This document shows positions 52,745 through 64,000 of a stretch of DNA of 64,000 bases, piece by piece. Each line of letters starts with the position of its first letter. Position 1 is the stretch's first letter. The translations under genes were made by a program, and so were the position numbers. Under the pieces are notes generated by a model. It was not told the origin of the DNA. It ran no database searches and saw only the letters and a list, made by a program, of their open reading frames with translations. The DNA comes from Bryobacterales bacterium (GTDB lineage Bacteria; Acidobacteriota; Terriglobia; Bryobacterales; UBA6623), in assembly GCA_963422375.2 (NCBI GenBank), contig OY729427.2, forward strand, positions 1,024,001-1,088,000, read 5' to 3'.

Positions 52745-53271
52745 TCGGCGTCCCTCCGGAGAAGCAGCCAGCACGCGACGCCGGACGTGAAGACGACCAC
52801 CGTCTCGATGAGCGTGTCGATGCTGCGGTAGTCCATGAGAACCGCGGCAACCGCGTTGGGGCTCTTGGTCTCGGCGAGGCTGTTCTCCAGATACTCGGGC
52901 GAGACGTGGGCGTTGGCGGGTGAGAGGGGGTCACCGAAGCTCGGAATGTCACGCGCCGCGTACAGGAGCAAGAAGGCCAGCAGAGGCAGGGCCACCAGCG
53001 CGACCAGCGGGGGGCGCGGCCGCTTGATGCGCGTGTCCTCCGGCGCGGTCCGGAAGAGCGTCAGCAGGAACAACACAGTCGCCAGCCCGGCTCCGACCAC
53101 CGCTTCGACGAAGGCCACGTCCGCAGAGCCGAGCCACGCCCAAACCAGCGCCATGAAGAAGCTGTACGAGCCGAGCAGCAGCACGGCGCTGATCAGATCC
53201 TTGACGAGGATCGCCGCTCCGGCCGTCAGCACCAGCAGCGCGAGCAGCGGCAGCTCGAACGAGATATTCAC
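52741..53271 (-). CDS. DUF4040 / MrpA-C-terminal-like subunit
   Basis: ADVAFVEAVVGAG and PNAVAAVLMDYRSIDTLIE motifs. Confidence 0.8.
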   Translation of the reverse strand: MNISFELPLLALLVLTAGAAILVKDLISAVLLLGSYSFFMALVWAWLGSADVAFVEAVVGAGLATVLFLLTLFRTAPEDTRIKRPRPPLVALVALPLLAFLLLYAARDIPSFGDPLSPANAHVSPEYLENSLAETKSPNAVAAVLMDYRSIDTLIETVVVFTSGVACWLLLRRDAE

Positions 53272-53567
53272 CGGCAGTCCTCCCCCACCGGCCTCTGGCC
53301 GGAACGCAGCGCCGCACGCACGCTCGCGTGAGAGATGACGGGATTGATCAAGTACAGCAGGGCCATGACGACCAAGATGCGCAGGGTGTTAGTGGTGAAG
53401 CCGTGATACACCGCCAAGCCCCCGAGGAGGAAGAATGCCCCCAAGGAGTCTGTCAAGGCGACCGCATGCGACCGCGTGTAGACATCGGGCAGGCGCCACA
53501 TGCCGACTGCGGCCACCACGAGGAAGAAGAGGCCCGTTGCGATCAGCAGGGCCGCCAGCGCGTACAC
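53268..53567 (-). CDS. MrpG / MnhG subunit
   Basis: GMWRLPDVYTRSHA...DSLG and NPVISHA motifs. Confidence 0.85.
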   Translation of the reverse strand: MYALAALLIATGLFFLVVAAVGMWRLPDVYTRSHAVALTDSLGAFFLLGGLAVYHGFTTNTLRILVVMALLYLINPVISHASVRAALRSGQRPVGEDCR

Positions 53568-53568
53568 C

Positions 53569-53832
53569 TTAGGTATTCCTCCCCCGCTCCAGATACTTGG
53601 CGATGGCCAGGGCGCCCACCAGGTTGAGCAGCGCGTAACCCGTCGAAATGTCGACGAACATGTCCACCCTCTCGTAGACCGTGCCGATCACGACCAGCAG
53701 CACGATCGCCTTCGTGGAAATCCCGTTCAGGCCGAGCACGCGGTCGAAAAGCGTGGGCCCGCGCACGACCCGGTACAGGTACATCCCGATCAGCACCGCG
53801 ATCAGGTTCATGACGAGCAGCAGGAGGCTCAT
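53569..53832 (-). CDS. MrpF / MnhF subunit
   Basis: YRVVRGPTLFDRVL and DIS..YALLN motifs; start at 53832 overlaps the mrpE-like stop. Confidence 0.85.
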   Translation of the reverse strand: MSLLLLVMNLIAVLIGMYLYRVVRGPTLFDRVLGLNGISTKAIVLLVVIGTVYERVDMFVDISTGYALLNLVGALAIAKYLERGRNT

Positions 53833-54323
53833 GCGCCCTCCTCCGACGGGCCGAATACCTGGCCGACCTTGGCTTCCAGCCGCCCGGTCTTGACATCCCG
53901 CGCCGACTCCGAGTCGATCGCGTGAACAATCAGCTCGTCGTTGGCCGCCTCCACGGTCAGGGTGCCGGGAGTCAGCGTGATCGAGTTGCCGATCAGCATC
54001 ATGGCGCTGTCGTGGCCGAGGTCCGTCCGGTGGCGAAAGAGCTGCGGCTTGATCGGAAGGCGGGGATGCAGAATCAGGTACGAAACGTGGAGGCCGCTCA
54101 GCAGGATGCGACCGAATAACCAAGGGAAGTACCACAGCGCCTTCCACCAACGCACGGCATGCGCTCTCGGCCCGAACTGGTAGGCGTTCACCGAGGAGAC
54201 TGCGAGCGACGCCAGCAGGCCAACCGCCATGTGCAGGGGGTTGAAGCTCTCCGACAGGAGCAGCCAAATGACGAACAGGACGGCTGTCCAGAATGCGTGG
54301 CGTCTGGAGAATCGCATGCGCAT
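53829..54323 (-). CDS. MrpE / MnhE subunit
   Basis: ILHPRLPIKP, NSITLTPGTLTV and LIVHAI motifs. Confidence 0.88.
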   Translation of the reverse strand: MRMRFSRRHAFWTAVLFVIWLLLSESFNPLHMAVGLLASLAVSSVNAYQFGPRAHAVRWWKALWYFPWLFGRILLSGLHVSYLILHPRLPIKPQLFRHRTDLGHDSAMMLIGNSITLTPGTLTVEAANDELIVHAIDSESARDVKTGRLEAKVGQVFGPSEEGA

Positions 54324-54327
54324 CGGC

Positions 54328-57087
54328 CTACTCGGGGCGAACGGGCGCTTCGCGGCTCCACGCGCCGTCCGCACCGTAGCGAAAGAACTCGTTCCGCGCG
54401 GCGTCCAGCGCCACTAGGTGGACCCACTGATTGTGGAACAGCGCCTGCAGGATCGCGTGCTTCCCGATGATCCCGGAAATCCGCTCCCTAGGCGCCTCGA
54501 TGAGCGCCAGAAGCCTCATCGGCTCGTGATAGCGGCGCGCGCCGTCGGCCACGCCCTGCAGAGGCAGGCCGCCCTGCAGGTCCCCCTGGCTGCCTAGCAT
54601 CACACCGACACCGCCCGCGACGTTATGGATGACCTTGCTCCCGCTCCCGTACACCCAAGGATCCACGGAAGAGAAATAGTATTCCATGTTGATCCATTCG
54701 CCCACGATCAGCGGGGCCGTCATGATGCGCTCCAAGATTCCGCCGTCGCCGTCCGACGCCGGATCGTAGGAGTGGAGGAACACCCTGGACTCGAGGTCCA
54801 AGGCCTTGGTGAGCGCCCTGCGGCCGATCAGGAACGCGGCGTTGCTCGAGAGGCCCCATTCCGGGCGCGGGTTGGCCCAGTCGACGCTGCGACCGACGGC
54901 GTGCGCGGCCGCCCGGACGGGCGCAGCCCCGACCGGGGCTCCCGGCAGGCGCCCGAGACGCTCTCCGGCCTGGCAGGCGCCGGCGGCGATCAGATCGCGG
55001 TCCAAGCTGCGCAGGTCCTCGGCGTGGGTTGGCGGGACGTCGACGAGGTCGTAGAAATGCACGCGATCCGTCGTGGTGTCGTGCTTGGCCGCCACGAACC
55101 AAGTGTCGTCCGGAATGGCGAGGCCGCTCTCCGCCAGTGCGCCGCGCACGGCCGGCTCGTTCGCCATGGCGGCGAAGGCCCGGGCGTTCGGATCCCCGTG
55201 CGCCCCGCCGCAGGCGCCGCAGTTGTAGGCCGCGGCGTACGGATTGTTGTCCGACAGCGCACCGTGGCCGCACACGACCACCAGCCTGCCCAGGTTCTCG
55301 GCGAGCCCGATCATGCGGAGTCCGTTGCCGACGAAGGCCGCCCGCTCGGACAGCGTGAAGCCCCGGTCCGACTCGGCCTCGCTCTCGTCCCGCTCGACCG
55401 GCAGGCGGGTCGCGACCTCGCTGCGGAAGCGCCGCCGGATCCAAGCGCGCAGACCCGCGTACGGCCGCCACGCCAAGGTCTTCCCGGCGAGGCCGACGCT
55501 GAACAGCAGGCCGACCGTGTCCACGAGCATGTAGCCCGCGAGCGGGTTCTGCTTCAGGTCATGGAGGAGATCGTCGCCCAGCCGCCGCCAGCGCGTGCCG
55601 GAGGCGTATCGCTGCAACGGCGCAGCCTCGCCCTCGCGCGGCCGCTCGTCGACCTCGCGGGCCGGCTTCAGCAGGACCGGGCACAGCGCTAGACGGTCGT
55701 GGCTGTCGAATGCCTGGTGGCTGATCGGCACGCCGAAGAACCCGGCGTAGCCGAAGGTCTCGTAGGCCCCCTGCGCCTCGACGTGGCGCCGGAAGGGCTC
55801 GGAGCGGGCGTCGATGCAGAAGATCAGCTGGGCGCGCGGCCTCGAGCCGACCGCGGCCTCTTCCCGCGGGCGGGCGGCCAGACGGCCCAGGATGCGCTCG
55901 GCGTAGGACGCCTCGTACGCTTCCAGCCACAGCCGCCCGTGCGAGTCTGCAGGGAAGGCATCCAGCCAGCCCAGCAGCGCACGGGCTCCGTCCGGGGAGA
56001 GTGCGGCGACCTCCCGCGCCGTCAGCCCGAGGCACGCGGCAAGCAGGTACAGCCGACCCGCTTCCGAGGCGCCGCCGCCGCCGGTCCGACCGCTCGCGCA
56101 CGCGGCGATCTCGGGCAGGGTCCCGGGCACGCCCAGCTCGCGACGGCTCGCCGCCTCGACCAGCTCCGCCTCGTAGAAGAGCCGCACGGCGAGGTATTCC
56201 GTCAAGTCGACGGGATACTCCCTCTGGCCGGGGTAGGCGGGATTCTCGCTGCGCCAGCGCACGAACCCGGCCCAGCCAGGCAGTTGCGCCAGCGTGCGGG
56301 ACAGGTAGTCGGCCCGGCGCTCCTCCGGGATTTCCAGCCGCTCCAAGGCGGCGGCAACCGCCTCCTCGGGCGTCTCCGGAAGCGCGCGGATCTTGGCGCG
56401 CAGGGCGCGGATACCGAGCAACCGCCCGCCAAGGTCGCGCTGGCCCAGACGCTTCCAGCTGCCGTAGAAACCCTCGCCCCGCGAGGGCATGCCCCATCCG
56501 GCGATGCCCTCGTCCAGGAAGGCCGACACCCACTTGATCACCTGCTGGTCAATCGCTTCGACGACCGACGCCCCGCACAGCTCGTCGAGCCAATCGCTTA
56601 GCGTCCGCCAGCGCGGCAGTTCCGCCTCGCCGGGGCGGTCGCCGTCCGGCGCGCCGCAGGCCTCGGACGCGGCGCCTAGGAGATCCAGCTGGCCCCCCGC
56701 CCTAGCCTGCCAGCGGACGACCTCCGGATCGGGGCTCTCCACGCCTTCGACGAGGTGAGCCCAGAGCACCTCGGACGGCTCAATCGCGCGGCCCCCGGCC
56801 TGCACCGGGGCGGAGGCGAAAGACGGGCCCGAGCGGTCGAGCGCCTCGCGCAGATGGCGGTCGAGAATCCTGCCCGACCGGCGCAGGTCGCGATACTCGC
56901 CGTTGGAGAGGTAGCCCGCCCCGCCGGTCACGCGGCCCGCTTCCCGCACCGCGCGGTCGAAGGGCAGATCCTCGTAGAAGCGGACGGGGCTGCGATACGC
57001 AAACGTTCTCAAGGGCCAGATCGGCGAGACCGGACGGGCCGCCTCCGCGATCTGCAGCCGCAGGGTGTCGCGATACGCAGGATCCAT
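54328..57087 (-). CDS. dabA: DUF2309 / DabA inorganic carbon transporter subunit (beta-carbonic-anhydrase-like)
   Basis: PIWPLRTF, LPGWAG, FCIDARSEPFRR, TFGYAGFFG, GHG..DNNP...CGACGG, HDTTTD, DWA.PRPEWGL, FLHSYD and HEPMRL motifs. Confidence 0.92.
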   Translation of the reverse strand: MDPAYRDTLRLQIAEAARPVSPIWPLRTFAYRSPVRFYEDLPFDRAVREAGRVTGGAGYLSNGEYRDLRRSGRILDRHLREALDRSGPSFASAPVQAGGRAIEPSEVLWAHLVEGVESPDPEVVRWQARAGGQLDLLGAASEACGAPDGDRPGEAELPRWRTLSDWLDELCGASVVEAIDQQVIKWVSAFLDEGIAGWGMPSRGEGFYGSWKRLGQRDLGGRLLGIRALRAKIRALPETPEEAVAAALERLEIPEERRADYLSRTLAQLPGWAGFVRWRSENPAYPGQREYPVDLTEYLAVRLFYEAELVEAASRRELGVPGTLPEIAACASGRTGGGGASEAGRLYLLAACLGLTAREVAALSPDGARALLGWLDAFPADSHGRLWLEAYEASYAERILGRLAARPREEAAVGSRPRAQLIFCIDARSEPFRRHVEAQGAYETFGYAGFFGVPISHQAFDSHDRLALCPVLLKPAREVDERPREGEAAPLQRYASGTRWRRLGDDLLHDLKQNPLAGYMLVDTVGLLFSVGLAGKTLAWRPYAGLRAWIRRRFRSEVATRLPVERDESEAESDRGFTLSERAAFVGNGLRMIGLAENLGRLVVVCGHGALSDNNPYAAAYNCGACGGAHGDPNARAFAAMANEPAVRGALAESGLAIPDDTWFVAAKHDTTTDRVHFYDLVDVPPTHAEDLRSLDRDLIAAGACQAGERLGRLPGAPVGAAPVRAAAHAVGRSVDWANPRPEWGLSSNAAFLIGRRALTKALDLESRVFLHSYDPASDGDGGILERIMTAPLIVGEWINMEYYFSSVDPWVYGSGSKVIHNVAGGVGVMLGSQGDLQGGLPLQGVADGARRYHEPMRLLALIEAPRERISGIIGKHAILQALFHNQWVHLVALDAARNEFFRYGADGAWSREAPVRPE

Positions 57088-57105
57088 GGTCTTCGATTCC
57101 GAGCC

Positions 57106-58686
57106 CTACCCGCGCCTGCGGACGCGGGCCGCTGCCGGATCCTCCGACAGCGGCCTGTGGCTGTCGAGGCCTCGAATCTCGAGGCTGGCGCCAGCCTCCT
57201 CGAATTCCATCCTAGTCTCCGCCAAGCGGGCCATCACCGTGTGGTCGACGAGCGCGGTGCCGGACAGGTCGACCGTGACGGGCGTCTCGCCCTTGAAGCG
57301 CTCGATCCGCCTCTTGAGAGCGATCCATGTGCTGAAGACCGCCGCGCCGCTGACCGAGACCGTGGCGCCGCGCTGATCCCTGGCGATCCCGGCGCGCAGG
57401 CGCAAGAGCGATCCCACGGGGGCGCCGTTCACGACGTGGACCAGCAGCTTGACGACAATCCCGATCGCGATGCCCATCAGCAGGTCCGTGGCGAGCACCC
57501 CGACGATGGTCGAGACGAACACCACCAGCTGCTCGCGACCGACGCGATACATGTGGACGAATTCCCGCGGCGACGCGAGGCGGTAGCCCGTGTACACCAG
57601 CATCGCGCCGAGCGCGGCAAGCGGGATGTGATTGATGAGGGCCGGCGCGAGCGCCACGAAGGCCAGCAGGAACAGGCCATGGAACATGTTCGCGAAGCGC
57701 GTCTTCGCGCCGTTGTCGATGTTCGCCTTGCTGCGGACGATCTCCGAGATCATCGGCAGTCCGCCGACGAAGGCGGCCAGGGTATTGCCCACGCCGATCG
57801 CGAGCAGGTCGCGATCGTGATTGGTCTTCCTGCGGTGGGGGTCGATCTCGTCGACCGCCTTGGCGCTGAGGAGGGACTCCAAGCTGCCGATAAGGGCGAA
57901 GAGCGTGATGTACTTCGCGCCGGTCGCGGTCAGCACTCCCGAGAAGTCGGGGAACGTCAGGGCGCCAAACATGTTCAGCGGCACGGACACGAGGAACTCC
58001 GGGCCCAGACCGTAGTGCAGGCCGAGCGGCACCGTGATCAGCAGGACCACCAGCGGGGCCGGAATCGACCGCAGCCCGGGAACCTTCAGCAGGGGGTAGC
58101 AAAACATCACGGCCAGGCTCGCGAGGCCGATCACCGCCACTTGCGGATGCAGGTCCGTCACGTAGCTGGGAATCCTGGCCAGCAGCTCGAGCGGCGTGCC
58201 CTCCGACCCGAGACCCAGCGTCACCGGCAGCTGCTTGGCGAAGATGATCACGCCGATGGAGGCTAGGAGGCCATGCACCGCCGCGCTCGGGAAGAACTCG
58301 CCCAAGATCCCGGCGCGGAAGACTCCGAATAAGATCTGGATCGCGCCTGCGACCACTCCCACGCCCAGCGCCAGCCGGTAGGCCTCGATATCGGCCGCGG
58401 GATCCCGGCCCGAGGTGAACCCGAAGTCCGTCACGCAGCCGATCGCAATGACGATGAGCCCGGCGGCGGGCCCTTTGATGGTCAATTCCGAATTGCTCAG
58501 GAACGCGGAAAGCACGCCGCCGATAATCGCCGTGAAGATGCCGGCGATGGCCGGATAGCCGCAGGCTAGGGAGATGCCCAAGCACAGCGGCAGGGCGATC
58601 AGGAAGACGAGAAAGCCGGACAGCAGATCCGGCATCCAGTAGCGGCGAAGCCCGGCAGCGTTGCCGATCGGAAAATCCTCTTGCAT
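57106..58686 (-). CDS. SulP/SLC26 anion transporter
   Basis: DLLSGFLVFLIALPLCLGIS, TIKGPAAGL, LESLLS and GGLPMISEIVRS motifs; short STAS-like tail. Confidence 0.9.
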   Translation of the reverse strand: MQEDFPIGNAAGLRRYWMPDLLSGFLVFLIALPLCLGISLACGYPAIAGIFTAIIGGVLSAFLSNSELTIKGPAAGLIVIAIGCVTDFGFTSGRDPAADIEAYRLALGVGVVAGAIQILFGVFRAGILGEFFPSAAVHGLLASIGVIIFAKQLPVTLGLGSEGTPLELLARIPSYVTDLHPQVAVIGLASLAVMFCYPLLKVPGLRSIPAPLVVLLITVPLGLHYGLGPEFLVSVPLNMFGALTFPDFSGVLTATGAKYITLFALIGSLESLLSAKAVDEIDPHRRKTNHDRDLLAIGVGNTLAAFVGGLPMISEIVRSKANIDNGAKTRFANMFHGLFLLAFVALAPALINHIPLAALGAMLVYTGYRLASPREFVHMYRVGREQLVVFVSTIVGVLATDLLMGIAIGIVVKLLVHVVNGAPVGSLLRLRAGIARDQRGATVSVSGAAVFSTWIALKRRIERFKGETPVTVDLSGTALVDHTVMARLAETRMEFEEAGASLEIRGLDSHRPLSEDPAAARVRRRG

Positions 58687-58767
58687 CGATTGGTCCTCCT
58701 TGTCAGGGAAACTTGATTGGTCGGGCGATTCTCCCCATCGTTCAATTCACCCGTCGCGACCGGAAGG

Positions 58768-60249
58768 CTATCGCAGCGCAGTCAGCACGGATTCGCCCGC
58801 CAAGTCGAGGAAGCCCTGCGGCATCAGGCCGATCAGGACCGTGAAGGCGCCGCAGCCGACCAGAGCCGCCCTCGTCCCGAGATTCATGTCAAGCAGCGCG
58901 GGCTTCTCGCTGCCGTCCGTCAGCCAGCAGGCCCGGATCACGCGGAAATAGTAATACGCAGCCACCGCCACGTAAAGCGCCGCGAAGACCGCCAGCAGGT
59001 AGTAGCCCTCGCGCAGCAGCGCCAGGAAGATGTACCACTTGCCGTAGAAGCCCGCCATCGGCGGGATGCCGGCCAGCGACAGCATGAAGACCGCCATGAG
59101 GATGGTGTAGCCCGGCGCCCGCGCGAACAGCCCGTTCAGGTCGTCCAGCTCTTCGGCGGCCTCGCCGTCCCTGCGCAGAGCCCCGACCAAGGCGAACGCG
59201 CCGAAGTTCATGAACACGTAGGCCAGGATATAGACGGCGATGCCGCGCAGGCCGGATTCGTTGGCGGCCACCAGCCCCAGCAGGATGTAGCCCGCGTGCG
59301 CGACCGAGCTGTACGCCAGGAGGCGCTTGAGGTTCGACTGGGTCACGGCCGCCAGGTTGCCGACCGTCATGGTCACGAGCGCGATCATACCCAGCAGCGG
59401 CATCCACGCTGCGGACTCGCTGCCGTAGGCCGAGAGGAACAGACGGATCATCAGCGCGAACGAGGCGGCCTTGGAGGCCACCGAGACGTAGGCCGTGGTC
59501 GGGGTGGGGGCGCCCTCGTACACGTCCGGCGCCCACATGTGGAACGGCACGGCCGAGATCTTGAAAAACAGGCCGACCGAGGTCGTGACCAGCGCGAGCA
59601 CGGCCGCCCAGTCGCCCTCGGGCCGGGCCGCGACCGCCTTCCCGATCGCCTCGAGATTGGTCGAGCCGGCAATGCCGTACAGGATGGAGAATCCGTAGAC
59701 GAGCAGGCCGCTGGAGAACGCGCCCAGGATCAGGTACTTCAGCGCCGCCTCGTTCGACTTCTTCGAGGATCGCAGGAAGCCCACCAGCACGTAGAAGCTG
59801 AGGGCCATCGTCTCCAGGGACACGAAGAGCACTACCAAGTCGCGGCCCGTGGCCATCAGCGACATGCCCGCCTGCGCGAACAGCAGCAGGGCGTAGTACT
59901 CGCCCCGGTGCTCGCCCTCCGCCTCCATGTAGCGCACCGACATGGCCACCGCGAGAACGGCCGACAGCGCGAAGACGATGTTGAAAAAGACGCCGAAGCC
60001 GTCAATCACCACCGAGCCGCCGAGCCCCGCGAAGGCGCCGGAGGAGCGCACGTCGCCCAGGTGCTGCCATACGACCACCGCCACGACGGCCTCGCCCGCG
60101 AGGGCGGTCACGGCGTTCAGCCAGCGCCGGCCCGTGCGACGCACCAGGAACGCGTCAGTCAGCAGGATGCCGCAGCCGAACAGGCACAGCACCACGGCCG
60201 GCTTGAGGACGTGGAGGTCGTCGAGCGTGAAGGTGAGCGCGTCCATCAT
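58768..60249 (-). CDS. nuoN: NADH-quinone oxidoreductase subunit N
   Basis: EAALKYLILGA, FKISAVPFHMWAPDVYEGAPTP and LSLAGIPP.AGFYGK motifs. Confidence 0.93.
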   Translation of the reverse strand: MMDALTFTLDDLHVLKPAVVLCLFGCGILLTDAFLVRRTGRRWLNAVTALAGEAVVAVVVWQHLGDVRSSGAFAGLGGSVVIDGFGVFFNIVFALSAVLAVAMSVRYMEAEGEHRGEYYALLLFAQAGMSLMATGRDLVVLFVSLETMALSFYVLVGFLRSSKKSNEAALKYLILGAFSSGLLVYGFSILYGIAGSTNLEAIGKAVAARPEGDWAAVLALVTTSVGLFFKISAVPFHMWAPDVYEGAPTPTTAYVSVASKAASFALMIRLFLSAYGSESAAWMPLLGMIALVTMTVGNLAAVTQSNLKRLLAYSSVAHAGYILLGLVAANESGLRGIAVYILAYVFMNFGAFALVGALRRDGEAAEELDDLNGLFARAPGYTILMAVFMLSLAGIPPMAGFYGKWYIFLALLREGYYLLAVFAALYVAVAAYYYFRVIRACWLTDGSEKPALLDMNLGTRAALVGCGAFTVLIGLMPQGFLDLAGESVLTALR

Positions 60250-61826
60250 TCACCCGCAGGAGCGCCGCCCGCCAGCAGCGGCGCCAAGGGCTCGCCGCCG
60301 GGCGAGGCCGCGGCCGCGTTGCGGCTGAAGTATCCCGGGTCGAGCCGCTCCACCAGCTTGTTCGTCGGCGCCTCCAGAATCTCGAAGCACGGCTTGGGAT
60401 AGAGCCCGATCCAGAAACAGCCCGCGATCAGGGGCGCCATGACCACGATCTCGCGCAGGTTCATGTCGCGCAGCGCCTCGTTCTTGGGGTTGGTGACCGG
60501 GCCGAGCATGACGCGCTGGAACAGCCACAGCAGGTAGGCGGCGCCAAGCACGATGCCCAGCACGCCGAAGCCCGCCCACACGGGGCTCGCTTCGAACGCG
60601 CCGCGCAGGATGGTGAACTCGCCGATGAAGCCGTTGAGCCCGGGCATGCCCATGGAAGCGAACAGGGCGATGGCGAACAGCACCGTGTACACCGGCATGC
60701 GATTGGCCAGCCCGCCGTAGTCGGCGATCTCGCGCGTGTGCCGCTGGTCGTAGACGATCCCGACGGCGAGGAAGAGCAGCGGGGTGGACAGGCCGTGGTT
60801 CAGACCCTGGAGCATGCCTCCCGCGATGCCGTTCGGGTTCAGCGCGATCAGCCCGAGGGTGCAGAAGCCGAGGTGGCTCACCGATGAGTAGGCCACCAAG
60901 CGCTTCCAGTCCTTCTGCATCAGCGAAACCAGCGCGCCGTACACGATGCCGACGATCGACAGCCCCGCCACCAGCTGCACCGTGAGGTCGTCCGTCGCGC
61001 CCTTGGGGAACATCGGCATGGCGAAGCGCACCAAGCCGTACAGGCCCATCTTCAGCAGGATGCCGGCCAGGATGACCGATCCGGCGGTGGGGGCCTCGGT
61101 GTGCGCGTCGGGCAGCCAAGTGTGGAACGGGAACATCGGGACCTTGACCGCGAAGGCGACGAAGAAGCCCCAGAAGAGCCAGAACTGCATGTCGGGCCCC
61201 GTGTAGGCCGCGACCCGCATCAGGTCCTCCAGCGCGAAGCTGTAGAAGCCGAACTGCTCGAAGTGCCGGAAGTACACCGTCAGCATGGCCAGCAGCATCA
61301 GCACCGAGCCCGCCAGGGTGTACAGGAAGAACTTGATGGCCGCGTACAGACGCTTGCCGCCGCCCCAGATGCCGATGATGAAGTACATCGGCACGAGCAT
61401 GATCTCCCAGAACACGTAAAACAGGAACACGTCGAGCACCATGAAGACGCCGAGCATGCCCGCCTGCAGGAACAGGAAGAACGCGTAGTACTCCTTGACA
61501 CGGTCCTGGATCGAGGACCACGAGCACAGGATCGAGAGCCAGCCGACCACCACGGTCAGCAGGATCATCAGGAATCCGAAGCCGTCGATGCCGAGGTAGT
61601 ACTGAGCGCCCAGGGCCGGGATCCAGTCGTAGCGCTCGACCAGCTGGAAGTCGCCGTTGGCGCTGTCGAAGGCCCGCATCATCGGGATCGTCACCAGCAG
61701 GCCGAGCACAGCGAAGCCGTTCGCCACGTACCGGATGAGATCCTTGCTTTCCTTAGGCAGGCACATGACGGCGAGCATGCCGACCAGCGGGGTCAGCCAG
61801 ATGATGCTCAGAATGTGTTCGCTCAT
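60246..61826 (-). CDS. nuoM: NADH-quinone oxidoreductase subunit M
   Basis: FWEIMLVPMY, KVPMFPFHTWLPDAH, LLKMG and GFIGEF motifs. Confidence 0.93.
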   Translation of the reverse strand: MSEHILSIIWLTPLVGMLAVMCLPKESKDLIRYVANGFAVLGLLVTIPMMRAFDSANGDFQLVERYDWIPALGAQYYLGIDGFGFLMILLTVVVGWLSILCSWSSIQDRVKEYYAFFLFLQAGMLGVFMVLDVFLFYVFWEIMLVPMYFIIGIWGGGKRLYAAIKFFLYTLAGSVLMLLAMLTVYFRHFEQFGFYSFALEDLMRVAAYTGPDMQFWLFWGFFVAFAVKVPMFPFHTWLPDAHTEAPTAGSVILAGILLKMGLYGLVRFAMPMFPKGATDDLTVQLVAGLSIVGIVYGALVSLMQKDWKRLVAYSSVSHLGFCTLGLIALNPNGIAGGMLQGLNHGLSTPLLFLAVGIVYDQRHTREIADYGGLANRMPVYTVLFAIALFASMGMPGLNGFIGEFTILRGAFEASPVWAGFGVLGIVLGAAYLLWLFQRVMLGPVTNPKNEALRDMNLREIVVMAPLIAGCFWIGLYPKPCFEILEAPTNKLVERLDPGYFSRNAAAASPGGEPLAPLLAGGAPAGE

Positions 61827-61863
61827 GGTGTGGTGCGCTCCGGACGGTCCCGTCCGCTCTTCC

Positions 61864-63975
<2,112 letters not shown>

Positions 63976-63987
63976 CGCTCTCGCCCC

Positions 63988-64000
63988 CTACCAGCGCAGC
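63988..64000 (-). CDS. nuoK: Probable 3' end of NADH-quinone oxidoreductase subunit K
   Basis: Reads ...L-R-W-stop 12 bp upstream of the nuoL start, consistent with gene order. Only three full sense codons plus the stop are visible. Confidence 0.5.

Noticed and set aside
46922..54323. Interpretation as a second complex I or a membrane-bound hydrogenase
   Set aside because: No NuoA-K or NiFe/Fe-S subunit genes are in the cluster; the small subunits are Mrp-type and the only soluble protein is DabA.

Overview
GC-rich bacterial chromosome segment. The gene repertoire (PDZ-GAF-PAS kinase with an NtrC-type regulator, Gld-type ABC operon, DUF3500, split ATP synthase operon) suggests Acidobacteriota; this is an inference. 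Core blocks: a minus-strand housekeeping run (apt-ispE-prs-rplY-pth-rpsF-rpsR-rplI-SDR-hypothetical-nadD-like-J-domain-like), a Gld-like ABC operon, metY, a two-component pair, an Fo-only ATP synthase operon running into phoD and an S9 peptidase, and the end of the complex I operon (nuoK-L-M-N). Between these are AT-richer or decayed accessory segments: a Menshen-like DUF262/DUF3696-ATPase/effector triplet, an OLD-like ATPase-TOPRIM gene divergent from a PLD-like gene and a broken 2-TM gene, an orphan SLATT/DUF4231 gene, several pseudogenes, and a 463-bp MITE-like insertion. The best candidate for an under-described system is a 12-gene cluster directly downstream of nuoN (44899-58686). In it, a DabA/DUF2309 beta-carbonic-anhydrase-like protein with intact metal ligands is co-operonic with a full Mrp-type set (E, F, G, split B, C, D) plus extra NuoL-like and NuoM-like subunits, bracketed by two SulP transporters. 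This suggests a multisubunit, cation-antiporter-coupled inorganic carbon pump. All family assignments come from motif recognition by eye, not from database searches.
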